A stretch of DNA of 64,000 bases from Bradymonadia bacterium (GCA_046290225.1 JBKAGE010000053.1:1-64000), one strand, 5' to 3'; positions 9,144-20,881 are shown, counted from the stretch's first letter. Numbers and translations: made by a program. The notes: a model not told the origin generated them from the sequence alone.

Positions 9144-10451
9144 TCAGAAAGTGAAGCCCAGGCCGGGGAAGGGTGCCCGGCGCGGCGCTGAGCCGATGCC
9201 CGAGGTCCCGCCGGGGGCCGTCACTGGCTGCTCGTAGTAGGGGTTCTTGTCCTTGTCGAGGATCACGTCGCGGTTGGCGTCCCAGATGAGCAGGCCGATG
9301 CCGATGGCCAGCAGGCCGCCGCCAACGCCGTAGCCGATGTTCTGGTAGCCCACCAGCTCGTCATAGCGTGCCGTGTCGTTGAACTCCTGGTCGGCGAAGT
9401 AGTAGGCCACCCCACCGCCGGCGAGGGCCAGCACGCCCAGTACGTTCGAAGTCCAGCCCAGGCCCGATCGCCACGAGCTCACCGTTTCGGTGCGCACGAG
9501 GTAGGCGTTCACCCGGGTGGTGGCGCCCTTCTCCACGCTCACGTGCTCGTCGAAGCGGGTGTAGCCGTCTCGGGTCACCACCACCTGGTGGCGGCCCGCG
9601 GAGTAGGGCAGGGGCTCCTTGAAGGGGCTCAGGCCGACGTTCTTGCCGTCGATGTAGACCTGGGCGTCGATGACCGTGCAGTCCACGTGCAGCCAGCCGA
9701 GGTTCTGCACCTTGCGCAGGGCGAGGTTGAGGCGGAAGGGCTCCTTCACCTGCACCTCGATCTCCTGGCGGATCGGCTCGTAGCCCTCAAGCTCGATCCA
9801 GACGATGTGAGCCCCGGGGTTCACGTAGTTGCTGTAGGGGGTGGTGCCCACCACGCCGCGGCGGCGGTCGTCCACGTACACCTTTGCCCCAGGCGGATCG
9901 GAGTCGATGATCAGCTGCTGATCACGGACGATGCGCGCCTTGCAGTTGCGCCGCTGGGTGATGGCGCGATCTTTCTTGGGGCTCAGGGGCGCCTTCTCGA
10001 TGAAGCGGTCCATGTAGTTCACACACTCGGACCAGCTCTCGAGCTGCTGATAGGCGATGGCGGTGCTGTAGAGCAGGTTCACGTCCCGCAGGATCTCGTA
10101 GGCCTGCTGGAACCGATCGATGGCCTCTTTGTAGCGACCCTGACCGTAGAGGGCCTGGCCCTCGTCCCACAGCGCGTTGGCCCGCTGCTTGTCGGCGTCG
10201 GAGATGTTCGACGCTGGCGGAGCAGCTGCGGGCGGCGGCGCAGCCGGTGGAGGCGCCGTAACTGCAGGGGCGGCGGGCGCCGGGGTGGCCGGCGGCGGTG
10301 CCGCTGCTGGGGCCGGGGCGGGCGCCGCCGGCGGGGGCTCTGCTGCAGGGGCAGCCGGTGGAGGGGTCTCTCCCCCTTCCTGCGCCGATGCCGGCAGGCA
10401 GAAGAGCACGATGCCAAGCCCCATCAAGAGGCGGAGAGCTGTGTGTGCCAT
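9144..10451 (-). CDS. Secreted TPR + tandem PEGA domain protein with hydrophobic C-terminus
   Basis: Signal peptide ASA-Q; Pro/Ala linker; TPR helices; DSDPPGAKVYVD and AQVYIDG PEGA motifs. Confidence 0.85.
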   Translation of the reverse strand: MAHTALRLLMGLGIVLFCLPASAQEGGETPPPAAPAAEPPPAAPAPAPAAAPPPATPAPAAPAVTAPPPAAPPPAAAPPASNISDADKQRANALWDEGQALYGQGRYKEAIDRFQQAYEILRDVNLLYSTAIAYQQLESWSECVNYMDRFIEKAPLSPKKDRAITQRRNCKARIVRDQQLIIDSDPPGAKVYVDDRRRGVVGTTPYSNYVNPGAHIVWIELEGYEPIRQEIEVQVKEPFRLNLALRKVQNLGWLHVDCTVIDAQVYIDGKNVGLSPFKEPLPYSAGRHQVVVTRDGYTRFDEHVSVEKGATTRVNAYLVRTETVSSWRSGLGWTSNVLGVLALAGGGVAYYFADQEFNDTARYDELVGYQNIGYGVGGGLLAIGIGLLIWDANRDVILDKDKNPYYEQPVTAPGGTSGIGSAPRRAPFPGLGFTF

Positions 10452-10607
10452 ACGGCGAAAGCTCCTTTTCTGATCACCGGTTCGACCACAGAGCGGTGCG
10501 GCCTACCGGGGGGCACGATATGTCAGGTGCGTTCAGTGGGGCAAGGTCACGTTCGAGGGCTCCAAATCTGTGTCACGACTTGGCACACAGACGCCTCATT
10601 AAGTGGC

Positions 10608-11066
10608 TCAGTCATCACCATCATCGTAGTCGGCACCACCCCCACCTCCGCTGAAGCTCGACGGGGTGTGCACGTGGATGCTGCGGTGCCGGGCTCCCGG
10701 GCCCACGGGCTTCCCCTGTTTGACGTCGCGGAACACGAAGAAGGCGAAGACGGGCACTGCGATGACAGGCATGGCGAAGATGATCGACGCGATGGGCAGA
10801 TCGTCCCACATCGACCACGCGCCCACTGCGAACATGCCCAGGAGGGCGATGCCCGCCAGGCTGACGAAGCCGATCATGATCCAGGTCACCGCGTTCGCGC
10901 CTTTTTGCTTGCGGGCTGCACGCCGGGCCCGGGCCTCGCGTCGTGCGCGACGCTGCGACAACTTCTCTGCCCGTCGAGGCTCGGCGTCGGCCTGCTCGCG
11001 GGCGATGCGGGCTTCAGCGGCTTTGAGGCCCTTCATGCCCTGTTGTTTTTTACTGGACCGTGCCAT
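10608..11066 (-). CDS. Hypothetical 2-TM membrane protein with basic N-terminus
   Basis: ATG at 11066 with AGGAGA RBS; two hydrophobic helices. Confidence 0.6.
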   Translation of the reverse strand: MARSSKKQQGMKGLKAAEARIAREQADAEPRRAEKLSQRRARREARARRAARKQKGANAVTWIMIGFVSLAGIALLGMFAVGAWSMWDDLPIASIIFAMPVIAVPVFAFFVFRDVKQGKPVGPGARHRSIHVHTPSSFSGGGGGADYDDGDD

Positions 11067-11258
11067 CGACTCTCCTGCGTGAGGGTTGAACAACCCCCTT
11101 GTGCCTCGGCGCCTGTGGTGGCACCAACTAGGCCCTCATCCACCGCAACTCGCCAGGGCCGAACCCCTCATTTCTGCCCGGTCGACGGCGGCTGACGGCG
11201 GCTTCCCAGGATGAGGGGGCCGCCCCGACACCCCATCGGCAATGGGGCACAGGCTGAC

Positions 11259-11906
11259 ATGGGCGCGTTCAACGGTTCCCTCACCTATCGACAGTATTAC
11301 ATCAAAGACGCTCTCCCCGAGGGTTGGCAGGACGCCTTCCAGGAGAAGATCACCAAGCATCTGTGCACGCCGGTCACTGCAGAGACCGAAGAGGAGCGCA
11401 GCATCGGGTGGTGCAACGCCGCTTTCTTGCTCGACCTCGATCTGACGTCGGACAAGTGGCACTTCAACGAGTACATCGTGCTCGGCCTGCGCATCGACAC
11501 CATCGCCGTGCCGGGGCCGCTGCTGAAGCTCTACACCGAGAAGGAGATCCGTCGGCTGCAGGCCGAGCAGGGCCGCGAGGAGATCAACCGCTACGAGAAG
11601 GCGGAGATCAAAGAGCGGGTGAAGATCGACCTCAAGCGCAAGGTGTTCCCCAGCTACAAGACGGTGGACATGGTCTGGAACCTTGAGCAGGGGATCATGC
11701 GCTTCTGGAGCACCAACGAGAAGCTGAACCTCGAGTTCTGCGAGCTCTTCGAAGAGACCTTCGACGTAGAGCCGATCCTTGACACTGCTTACACCGCAGC
11801 CCTGCACGCCGATCTCGATCTGCCCGAGGAGCTGATCGCCCAGCTCCCCGATCTCGAGCCCTCGCTCTTCGCCGAGCTGCCCACCTTCAACCCCGGCCAG
11901 GAGTGA
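11259..11906 (+). CDS. RdgC-family protein (N-terminal portion)
   Basis: GSLTYRQY, SIGWC, LRIDTIAVP..LL, EKAEIKERVKIDL..KVFP, FEETF resemble RdgC. Confidence 0.7.
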   Translation: MGAFNGSLTYRQYYIKDALPEGWQDAFQEKITKHLCTPVTAETEEERSIGWCNAAFLLDLDLTSDKWHFNEYIVLGLRIDTIAVPGPLLKLYTEKEIRRLQAEQGREEINRYEKAEIKERVKIDLKRKVFPSYKTVDMVWNLEQGIMRFWSTNEKLNLEFCELFEETFDVEPILDTAYTAALHADLDLPEELIAQLPDLEPSLFAELPTFNPGQE

Positions 11907-11910
11907 ATCG

Positions 11911-12438
11911 ATGAACCTGCTCGATTTGATCCATCGCACCGCCTTCCTCGGCGGCGAGTTCCTCACCTGGCTGTGGTACCGCAGCGATCAGCAGGGGGGC
12001 GTGTTCCACCTCGGCGGCGAGATCGGCGAGATCGAACTCTGGTTCGACGATCGCCTCGTGGTCTCGTCGCTCTCCGTCGACGCCATGGAGAACCTCTTCA
12101 AGGGCGGCCACCCCACCAGCAGCGCTGAAGCCATGGCGGCCCTCAAGAAGGGCAAGAAGGCCAGCGAGGCCAAGCTGCGGGCCATCAAGGGGGCCAAGGA
12201 GTGGTCCTTCATCTTGAAGGCTGAGGGGCTCACCATCGGCAGCGTGAAGATCCCCGCGGTGTTGTCGAAGGAATACGACGACAAATTCTACGAGCGCATG
12301 ATGCTCCTTGAAGAGCTCGATCAGATGGTCAAGGCTCTCTACCGACAGTTCCTGGTGTTGCGGGTCTCCCCCGAATGGGAAGACAAGGAGATCCCCGCGA
12401 TCCAGAAGTGGGTGGCCGAAGGGGCCGAGTCCGCATAA
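11911..12438 (+). CDS. Conserved protein resembling the RdgC C-terminal portion
   Basis: FLGGEFLTWLW, ALKKGKK, WSFIL, ERMMLL; own AGGAG RBS. Confidence 0.55.
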   Translation: MNLLDLIHRTAFLGGEFLTWLWYRSDQQGGVFHLGGEIGEIELWFDDRLVVSSLSVDAMENLFKGGHPTSSAEAMAALKKGKKASEAKLRAIKGAKEWSFILKAEGLTIGSVKIPAVLSKEYDDKFYERMMLLEELDQMVKALYRQFLVLRVSPEWEDKEIPAIQKWVAEGAESA

Positions 12439-12458
12439 GCATTCGCAGGAGAGAGATC

Positions 12459-13547
12459 ATGCCCATGCACGCCGTCATCATGGCCGGAGGCTCTGGCACC
12501 CGCTTCTGGCCGCGCTCGCGAAAGGCGCGGCCGAAGCAGTTCTTGTCCATCGGCACCGAGCGGGCCCTGCTCGCGGAGACCGTGGCCCGTTTGAGCCCGG
12601 TCATCGAGGCCGATCAGGTCATGGTGGTGGCGGGCACCCGCCACGCCCCCCTCGTGGGCGAGGTGCTGCCCGAGCTCTCCGCTGAGGGCCTGGTCATCGA
12701 GCCTGCTGCCCGGAACACGGCGCCCTGTGTGGGCCTCGCGGCGATTCACATCGCCCGCAAAGATCCGAACACGGTGATGGCGGTGCTCCCTGCTGATCAC
12801 CACATCCTCGACGAGAAGGGCTTCCGCCGTCTGCTGCTCGCCGCAGAGCAGCGGGCCGCCGCCGGGGAGATCGTCACCCTGGGCATCCGGCCCACCCGGC
12901 CCGAGACTGGGTATGGCTACATCCACTACGACGGCGCCGACGCCATCGCCACCGATCAGCGCGTTGACGCTTATCGGGTGCACCGTTTCGTGGAGAAGCC
13001 CCAGAAGGCCGTCGCCGAGCGTTACCTCGCCGAGGGCCACTACCTCTGGAACAGCGGCATGTTCTTCTTCACCGCCGCCCGCATCCTCGACGACATTCGC
13101 CGGTGCCTGCCCACCCTGCACCAGGCCCTCGAGCGCATCGGCGCCGCCCTCGACGAGGGCCCAGAGCGCTACAACGCGGTGCTGCAGGCCGAGTTCGAGG
13201 CCATCGAAGGCATCAGCATCGATTACGGCGTCATGGAGCACGCCGAGAACGTCAGGGTGATCCCCGCGGACATCGGCTGGAACGACGTGGGGCACTGGGC
13301 CGCACTGGGTGACTTCGCCCCAGCGGACAAGCGGGGGAACATCGTGCAGGGCGACGCGGTGTTGATCGAGGCAGAGCGCAATGTCGTGCAGAGCGGCGCC
13401 GGTCGCCTCGTGGCCCTCGTGGGTGTGGAAGATCTCGTGGTGGTCGACACCGAAGACGCGCTGCTCGTCTGCCCGAGAGATCGCGCCCAGGATGTCCGCA
13501 AGGTGGTGGACCGCCTCAAGGCCGACAAGAAGGAAGAGTTGCTATGA
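12459..13547 (+). CDS. manC: Mannose-1-phosphate guanylyltransferase
   Basis: MAGGSGTRFWPRSR..PKQFL, EPAARNTAP, PADH, ETGYGYI, FVEKP, WNSGMF, SIDYGVME, WNDVG. Confidence 0.95.
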   Translation: MPMHAVIMAGGSGTRFWPRSRKARPKQFLSIGTERALLAETVARLSPVIEADQVMVVAGTRHAPLVGEVLPELSAEGLVIEPAARNTAPCVGLAAIHIARKDPNTVMAVLPADHHILDEKGFRRLLLAAEQRAAAGEIVTLGIRPTRPETGYGYIHYDGADAIATDQRVDAYRVHRFVEKPQKAVAERYLAEGHYLWNSGMFFFTAARILDDIRRCLPTLHQALERIGAALDEGPERYNAVLQAEFEAIEGISIDYGVMEHAENVRVIPADIGWNDVGHWAALGDFAPADKRGNIVQGDAVLIEAERNVVQSGAGRLVALVGVEDLVVVDTEDALLVCPRDRAQDVRKVVDRLKADKKEELL

Positions 13548-14002
13548 GCACACAGCGAAGGTCGATGCTGCGATGGTCCACATTGGGGGCGGTGGTGTTG
13601 ATGCTGGCCCTCGTGGGCGCTGGGTGTGGTGGTGCCAAGGGACCGCCCCCCGATGACGACTCGCGTCGTGATCTGGCCAAGCCCATGCCCATGAACAAGG
13701 TGTTCACCGACTCGCTCACCTTCTCGGGCAAAGACAAGAACGACTGGAAGCTCATCAACGTAGAAGAGCCGGGGCTCTTGTACGTCACCGTGCGCTTCGA
13801 CGAGATCAACGCCGCATGCCGTGTGCACCTCGCCGACAAGTACGGTGCCAAGATCGCCCGTGAGGACAACGCCGGCCAGCCCCGCATCGAGATGGTGCGG
13901 GAGGTGAATCCCGGACGGTTCTTCATCTGGTTGGAGGCGGTAGACAACAGCTGTTCGAGTCAGTACTCCATAGAGGCGCGGCTCGATCCGTCGATCAGAT
14001 GA
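13544..14002 (+). CDS. Hypothetical lipoprotein, beta-rich (PPC-like)
   Basis: Signal peptide with GAGC lipobox; ATGA overlap with manC. Confidence 0.7.
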   Translation: MSTQRRSMLRWSTLGAVVLMLALVGAGCGGAKGPPPDDDSRRDLAKPMPMNKVFTDSLTFSGKDKNDWKLINVEEPGLLYVTVRFDEINAACRVHLADKYGAKIAREDNAGQPRIEMVREVNPGRFFIWLEAVDNSCSSQYSIEARLDPSIR

Positions 14003-14059
14003 TCCGATACATGTCGAGCACCGCCCATCGATCTCAGTGCGAAGGAGTGTAGGCCCCAG

Positions 14060-14842
14060 ATGCCGCCTCAGAAGCCCATGCGATTCACCGCCGCCGGCGT
14101 CACCGACGTGGGTCAGGTGCGACAAGCCAACGAAGATGGCTACTCCATCGTGCCCCGCGAGAACCTCTGGATCCTCGCCGACGGCATGGGGGGTCACGCC
14201 TCGGGACAGGTGGCCAGCGCCATCGCCGTCGAGGCCATCGAAGATTTCATGACGCGCTGGCGTCACGAGCCCGACTTCCAGTGGCCCTTCGAGGTCATGG
14301 AGAGCCGTAGCCCCCACGAGAACGCCCTGGTGAACGCCGTGCGGGTCTGCAACGTGCGGGTCTACAACCGGGCCCAGGTCGATCCGAGCTGCGAGGGCAT
14401 GGGCACCACCATCGTGGTGATGCACCATCACCCCGACGTGGGCATGATCATGGCCCACCTCGGTGACAGTCGGGTCTATCGGTTGCGGGACGGCCAGCTG
14501 GTGCAGATCACCGAAGATCACTCTTTGGTGAACCACCTGCGCAAGACCTACCACCTCTCCCTGGAAGAGGCCCGATCACGGGCGGGCAAGAACGTCATCG
14601 TGCGGGCCGTGGGCCTCGAAGACGACGTCGATCCGGAGCTGACCCTCGATCAGCCCATGAAGGGTGATCTCTACATGATGTGCTCCGATGGGCTCACCGA
14701 TCTCGTGGACGACTGGATCGTACAGCAGATCCTCGCGGGCCTCGCCGACGAGCCTCAGGAGGCCTCTGAAGCGCTGGTGCGCGCCGCGAACCACGCCGGG
14801 GGCACCGACAACATCACCGTCATTGTGGTGCGCATCACCTGA
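14060..14842 (+). CDS. PP2C-family Ser/Thr protein phosphatase
   Basis: TDVGQVRQANED, ADGMGGH, GMGTT, HLGDSRVY, CSDGLTD, GGTDNITV. Confidence 0.95.
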   Translation: MPPQKPMRFTAAGVTDVGQVRQANEDGYSIVPRENLWILADGMGGHASGQVASAIAVEAIEDFMTRWRHEPDFQWPFEVMESRSPHENALVNAVRVCNVRVYNRAQVDPSCEGMGTTIVVMHHHPDVGMIMAHLGDSRVYRLRDGQLVQITEDHSLVNHLRKTYHLSLEEARSRAGKNVIVRAVGLEDDVDPELTLDQPMKGDLYMMCSDGLTDLVDDWIVQQILAGLADEPQEASEALVRAANHAGGTDNITVIVVRIT

Positions 14843-14851
14843 GCGTCTCCC

Positions 14852-15304
14852 TCAATCGAGGGCAGCGCCTCCGATCTCCATCGCCTCCAGAAGCGCCATC
14901 ACCCCACCCTGTAAATCACCATTTGTCAGCCGCTCGTGGGCTTCGAATTGAAGGTGCCGGCGCCAGGGCAGCCCTGCGAGGGCCTTCGCCGCCGCCATCG
15001 GGTCCCCGAGGGCGTGCCGAGCGGCGGCGCAGAGCCATTGGTGATAGCGCTGCAGGCGGGCTGGGGGTGGGTTCAGGCACGGCGAGCTCTCCAAGATCAC
15101 CACCGCGTGCTGAGGATCCCCCAGCTTGAGCCAGCAGATGGCCAGCGCCAGCGCCGGGCGCGGATCAACAGGATCATCGTCGAAGGCTGCCTGGAAGGAT
15201 TCCCGGGCAGAGGGCCAGAGTCCTCGCGCCGCTTCGTCGAGGCCGTCGCAGAAGGCGGCGTTGACTGTGGCGGGTGCTGGCCCGTGCGCCGAAGAGGAGG
15301 TCAA
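14852..15304 (-). CDS. Small TPR-like helical protein
   Basis: Ala/Leu helical pattern; start overlaps the stop of the pentapeptide gene. Confidence 0.55.
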   Translation of the reverse strand: MTSSSAHGPAPATVNAAFCDGLDEAARGLWPSARESFQAAFDDDPVDPRPALALAICWLKLGDPQHAVVILESSPCLNPPPARLQRYHQWLCAAARHALGDPMAAAKALAGLPWRRHLQFEAHERLTNGDLQGGVMALLEAMEIGGAALD

Positions 15305-16500
15305 TCGAACTCCAGGTTGTGGAAGCGGCGGCTCAGAGGGCGATCGGACTTCTTGTCGTCCTTGCTCTCGGCCGCGGCGGGGGCCGCCGGCTGAGCGGAG
15401 GCTGCCGGCGCTGCGGGGGCACGGGCAGGGGCCCGGGCCGGGGTCGCCGGCGCCGCGCGGGGCGGTGTCGATGGGCGGGGTGGCTCGGAGGCGCGGTCCA
15501 TGCTCACCTCGCGGGGGCCATCAGCGTCGACGTAGACTTTCTGGCCATCGACCTGAAACAGATCGAGCTCAGGGATGGTGAGGGTGCGCTTGAGGTGCGC
15601 CATGAGCCCGGGGAAGTCGAGGCCCGCGAGATCACCGCCGAGGGCCTGATCAGGTGTGCCTGTGGGCAGGCCCTGCCCCAGCACGTACTCTTCGATGAGG
15701 GTGCGCAGCACCCGGCGCAGACGCTCGGGGGTCCACCCCTGATCTGCGCCGAGATCTTCGTAGATGCGCTCCCAGTCCTGCTCCGACATCGATGGACTCC
15801 CAGGGCCTCGGGTGCGGGGGAACAACCCCTCCGGCGGGGCGTCGCCCCAGTCTACCCGTGCCGTCTGACATTGGATCAAGGCTGCACCTTCCAGGGCCAC
15901 ATCGTCAAAATGAGCGCCGGAGAGATCACACCCCACCAGCAACGCGCCGGTGAGATCAGCCCCATAGAGATTGGCCGATTTGAGGTTGCACCCCACCAGC
16001 AGCGCCCCGCGAAGGTCGATGCGGGTGAGGGAGCTGCCCCCCAGCATGGGGTTGGCGAAGGACACGCCCACGAGGGTGGCGTCCTGCAACTCGAGGCCGT
16101 CGGTGTGGCCGCCCTTCACGTCTACCCTGGACCAGCGTGCCCCGGGCATGTGGGCCCCGGTGAGGTTGCAGTCTTCCACGGTGACCTGACGCAGGGTGAT
16201 CTCGGCGGCGTTGATCTTGAACAGCGTGCAGTGACTCAGGCCCGAGCGAGTGATCTCCGCAGACATCAAATCAGCGCGGCCGAGGTCGCAGCGGTGCAGC
16301 TGTGCGCCCCCTTCGATGCGGGCGTGATTGAGGCGCGCTTCCGCGAGACCCACCTGGCTCAGGGTGCACGCTTGCAGTACGACACCCTCGAGGGCGCGGC
16401 CCCGAAGATCTTGTTCTTGGATCCGGCCCCCGGCCACGATGGCACCGGGACCACTCAAGCGTCGATCAGAACCCATAGACACAGCGTGTGACATCCTCAT
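15301..16500 (-). CDS. Pentapeptide-repeat protein with unknown C-terminal domain and RFHNLEFD tail
   Basis: About 200 aa of A(D/N)Lxx-type repeats (ANLYGADLTGALLVGCDLSGAHF); exact start uncertain. Confidence 0.85.
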   Translation of the reverse strand: MRMSHAVSMGSDRRLSGPGAIVAGGRIQEQDLRGRALEGVVLQACTLSQVGLAEARLNHARIEGGAQLHRCDLGRADLMSAEITRSGLSHCTLFKINAAEITLRQVTVEDCNLTGAHMPGARWSRVDVKGGHTDGLELQDATLVGVSFANPMLGGSSLTRIDLRGALLVGCNLKSANLYGADLTGALLVGCDLSGAHFDDVALEGAALIQCQTARVDWGDAPPEGLFPRTRGPGSPSMSEQDWERIYEDLGADQGWTPERLRRVLRTLIEEYVLGQGLPTGTPDQALGGDLAGLDFPGLMAHLKRTLTIPELDLFQVDGQKVYVDADGPREVSMDRASEPPRPSTPPRAAPATPARAPARAPAAPAASAQPAAPAAAESKDDKKSDRPLSRRFHNLEFD

Positions 16501-16521
16501 GGTGCAAATCGCGAGATCCGC

Positions 16522-16573
16522 AAGATAGCGGAAGGATCCGCGGGTTGTAAGGGCACTGGGGCACAGCTATAGT
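16522..16573. promoter_or_regulatory. Back-to-back sigma70-type promoters sharing one -35 hexamer
   Basis: Plus strand TTGTAA(16545)-17-TATAGT(16568); minus strand TTACAA (same bases)-17-TATCTT(16527-16522). Confidence 0.5.
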
Positions 16574-16602
16574 CTGCCGGTTCGTATTGCTGGGAAGAGA
16601 GG

Positions 16603-18698
16603 ATGCCGAGTCAGGCGAAGCTGATTTACGTGGACGATGGGGGTCGCTCCCAAGAGATCGTCATCACCCCTGGTGGCGAGATCACCATTGGCCGCCACCC
16701 CGCGTGCGACATCACTGTCTCGCACTCTGCGGTCTCCCGGAAGCACGCGCGGTTTGCCTTCCAGGGCGACACCGTCGTGGTTCAGGATTTGGGCAGCTCG
16801 AATGGCACCTTCGTCAACGAGCAGAAGATCACCACCCATTATCTGAGCCACAACGACAAGGTGCGGTGTGGCAACTTCCCCCTCGATTTTCTGCTGCTCC
16901 AGGGCGGCGGAGGGGTGAAGCCCATCGGGCCCATGAAGCCCGCGGGGCAGGTGAAGCCCGTGGGGCCCATCAAGCCCTTGAGCATCAAGCCCAAGCGGTC
17001 GAGCGTGCGGCCCACTGGCGGCCGGCCCACAGTGAACTCCCTGCCGCCTGATCGACCGACGGCCCCTCCGGGGATTGGCCCGATGTCGCCCACTCCGGCC
17101 ATGCCCGGGGGTCCCAGCGTCGCCGAGGTCTCGGCCCTCAGAGGTCAGCTCAGAGACGCTGAGGGCGCGCGCCTCGACCTCGAGCGGCAGGTGGCTTCGC
17201 TCAAGGCTCAACTCGCCGACACGCAGGGTGGGCGCGCCGACACTGATCGCGAGCTGGCTGACCTGAGGCAAGACGTCGAGGGCCGCACCCGCAAGGTGAA
17301 AGAGCTCGAGAGCGAGCTGGCCCGACGGGCGCAGCAGGCCGACATGGCCACCCAGCGCACCATCGATCTTGAGCAACAGGTGAGTGAGCTTCGGGGCAAC
17401 CTCGAGGTGGTCCGGGGCGAGCGCGAAGATCTCGAAGTCGAGCTCGCACGGGCCCACGCTCGGGCGGATGATCTCGCTCAGGGCAACGAGCTGACCAGCC
17501 AGCGCGAGAGTGAGCTCGCCGAAGACGTGAACCGCCTCAAGCGGGAGATCCGGCAGAAAGACAAAGAGCGCCTCGAGGTCCAGAACCAGCTCGGCGCTGT
17601 GGAATACGATCTCTCTGCAGCCCATCAGAAGATCGAGCAGCTCGAGCTGGCCATGCAGGACACCGACAGCCAGCGCGGTCGCCTCAACGAGCAGCTCGAA
17701 GCCTTCAAGCAGATCCTCACCGAGAAAGAGGACATGATCGAGCACCTGCAGGGGGAGCTGAGCCGGACCGAGTCCTGGCTCGCTCAGGCCCAGGCAGAGG
17801 CCGAGCGCCCCGGCGAGATGCTCGCCCAGGCTCGCCAGGAGCTCGAGCGCTTGCGCAACGACCTCGCAGAGGTGCAGCTCAGCCGCGAGGCCCTGCTGCA
17901 CAAGATCGAGCGGTACGAAGACGAGGTGCAGGCCTACAAGCGCGAAGCCACCGAGCTCGACCAGGCCCTCAGGCAAAATCAGGTCGAGCTGCAACAGGCC
18001 CGCGCCGAGATGGAGCAGGCCCAGAAGCAGGCTCAACAGGCCCTGCGTCAGAGCACAGGCCCCAAGAACTCACGTGATCTCATGGAGCAGCTCAACGAGC
18101 TGCGCCGGGCCAACCGCGATCTCAAGCGAGAGGTGGCGGAACTGCAGGAGAGCGGCGGTGGGGGCGGCGAGGACGACTCCGCGGTCCAGGCTTCCATGGA
18201 AGCCGCCGATGCCGCCCGTCGGGCCGCAGAGCGGGCCCGCGATTCTGCAGAAGAGGGCCGCCGCCTCGCTGAAGAGCAGGTGTCCAGCCTGCGCCGTCGG
18301 GTGCAGGTGCTCCAGCAACGGGCCGGGGCCATTGAAGAGGCCGCCGCGAAGGCACCAGCACCTGCGCCTCAGGCCTCCGGTGACTTCGACGCCTTCCGCC
18401 GGGAGGCCGTGGCCCTCTACGAGCAGATCAACGACATGGTGAGCAACCTGCGTAACAACGTGGATGTGGTCGCCGACGGCATCGATGATCTCAAACCCCT
18501 CGATGGGGCCCTCGGCGAGCAGGCCGGGGAAGATGATGCTGGCTGGGGGCGACGCATCAAGGCCTTGTCCCAGAAAGCAGATCTCGAATACTTCATTGAG
18601 TCCACCCCGGAGATGATGACCGAGGTGCGCGAAACCGTAGACCAGTTCAAGCAAGTCCTGCGCAAGTTCAGGGACGTGCTCAAAAAACACGGATACGA

Positions 18699-18702
<4 letters not shown>
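16603..18702 (+). CDS. FHA domain + long coiled-coil protein
   Basis: IGRHP, VSRKHA, DLGSSNGTFVN (FHA); Pro-rich linker; about 450 aa of heptad-like E/Q/R/L sequence. Confidence 0.85.
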
Positions 18703-20284
<1,582 letters not shown>

Positions 20285-20285
<1 letters not shown>

Positions 20286-20680
20286 TGTCGCACTTCACCA
20301 CCGTAGAGACCAAGATCAAAGACCTGGTGGCCCTCAAGGCCGCCCTCAAAGATCTGGGCTACGAGTTCAGCGAAGCCGAGCAGGGGGTCGAGGTCAACGG
20401 GTACCTCGGCCAGAAGGAGCTGGCGGAAATTTCGATACACGCCAGCCGAACCTATGATATCGGCGTAAAGGCGACAGACAGTGGCTATGAGTTCGTCGCC
20501 GACTGGTGGGGCGTGGAGACCACCAGAGGCGTCACTCAAGAAGAGTTCGTCAAAACGGTGACCCGGCGCTACGCCTATCACAAGGTCATGAGCGCCGTGG
20601 CAGCCCAGGGCTACACCATCGAGACGGACGAGGTGAAAGAGGACCAGACCATCTCCATCACGGTGCGCAAATGGCAGTGA
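20285..20680 (+). CDS. DUF1257 (Ycf35)-like protein
   Basis: MSHFTTVETKIKD..ALKAALKDLG, VNGYLG, DIG, ADWWG, RYAY. Confidence 0.8.
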
Positions 20681-20877
20681 GGCACGAGATCGAGTTCGAG
20701 ATCACCCCCGATGGCGAGATCAAGCTGACGGTGAAGGGGGCCTCCGGTGGAGAGTGCCTCGAGATCACCAAGGCCCTCGAGGAAGAGCTGGGTTTGGTGG
20801 TCGATCGCCAGATGACCTCCGAGTACTACAAGGAAGAGGTCAACGTGGAAGACACCGTCCAGATCGGAGAGGATTGA
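20677..20877 (+). CDS. DUF2997-like small protein
   Basis: IEFEITPDGEIKLTVKG..G.ECLEITKALEEELG...TSEYY; GTGA overlap with the upstream stop. Confidence 0.8.
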   Translation: MRHEIEFEITPDGEIKLTVKGASGGECLEITKALEEELGLVVDRQMTSEYYKEEVNVEDTVQIGED

Positions 20878-20881
20878 GCCT

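Noticed and set aside
10567..10591. TCTGTGT/ACACAGA inverted repeat upstream of the PEGA gene
   Set aside because: Only 7 bp; cannot be distinguished from chance
11119..11134. TGGCACCAACTAGGCC as a sigma54 promoter
   Set aside because: Spacing is right but the -12 element (AGGC) is poor
11890..11925. Frameshift or pseudogene at the RdgC-like junction
   Set aside because: Clean stop, separate RBS and ATG; both ORFs look intact
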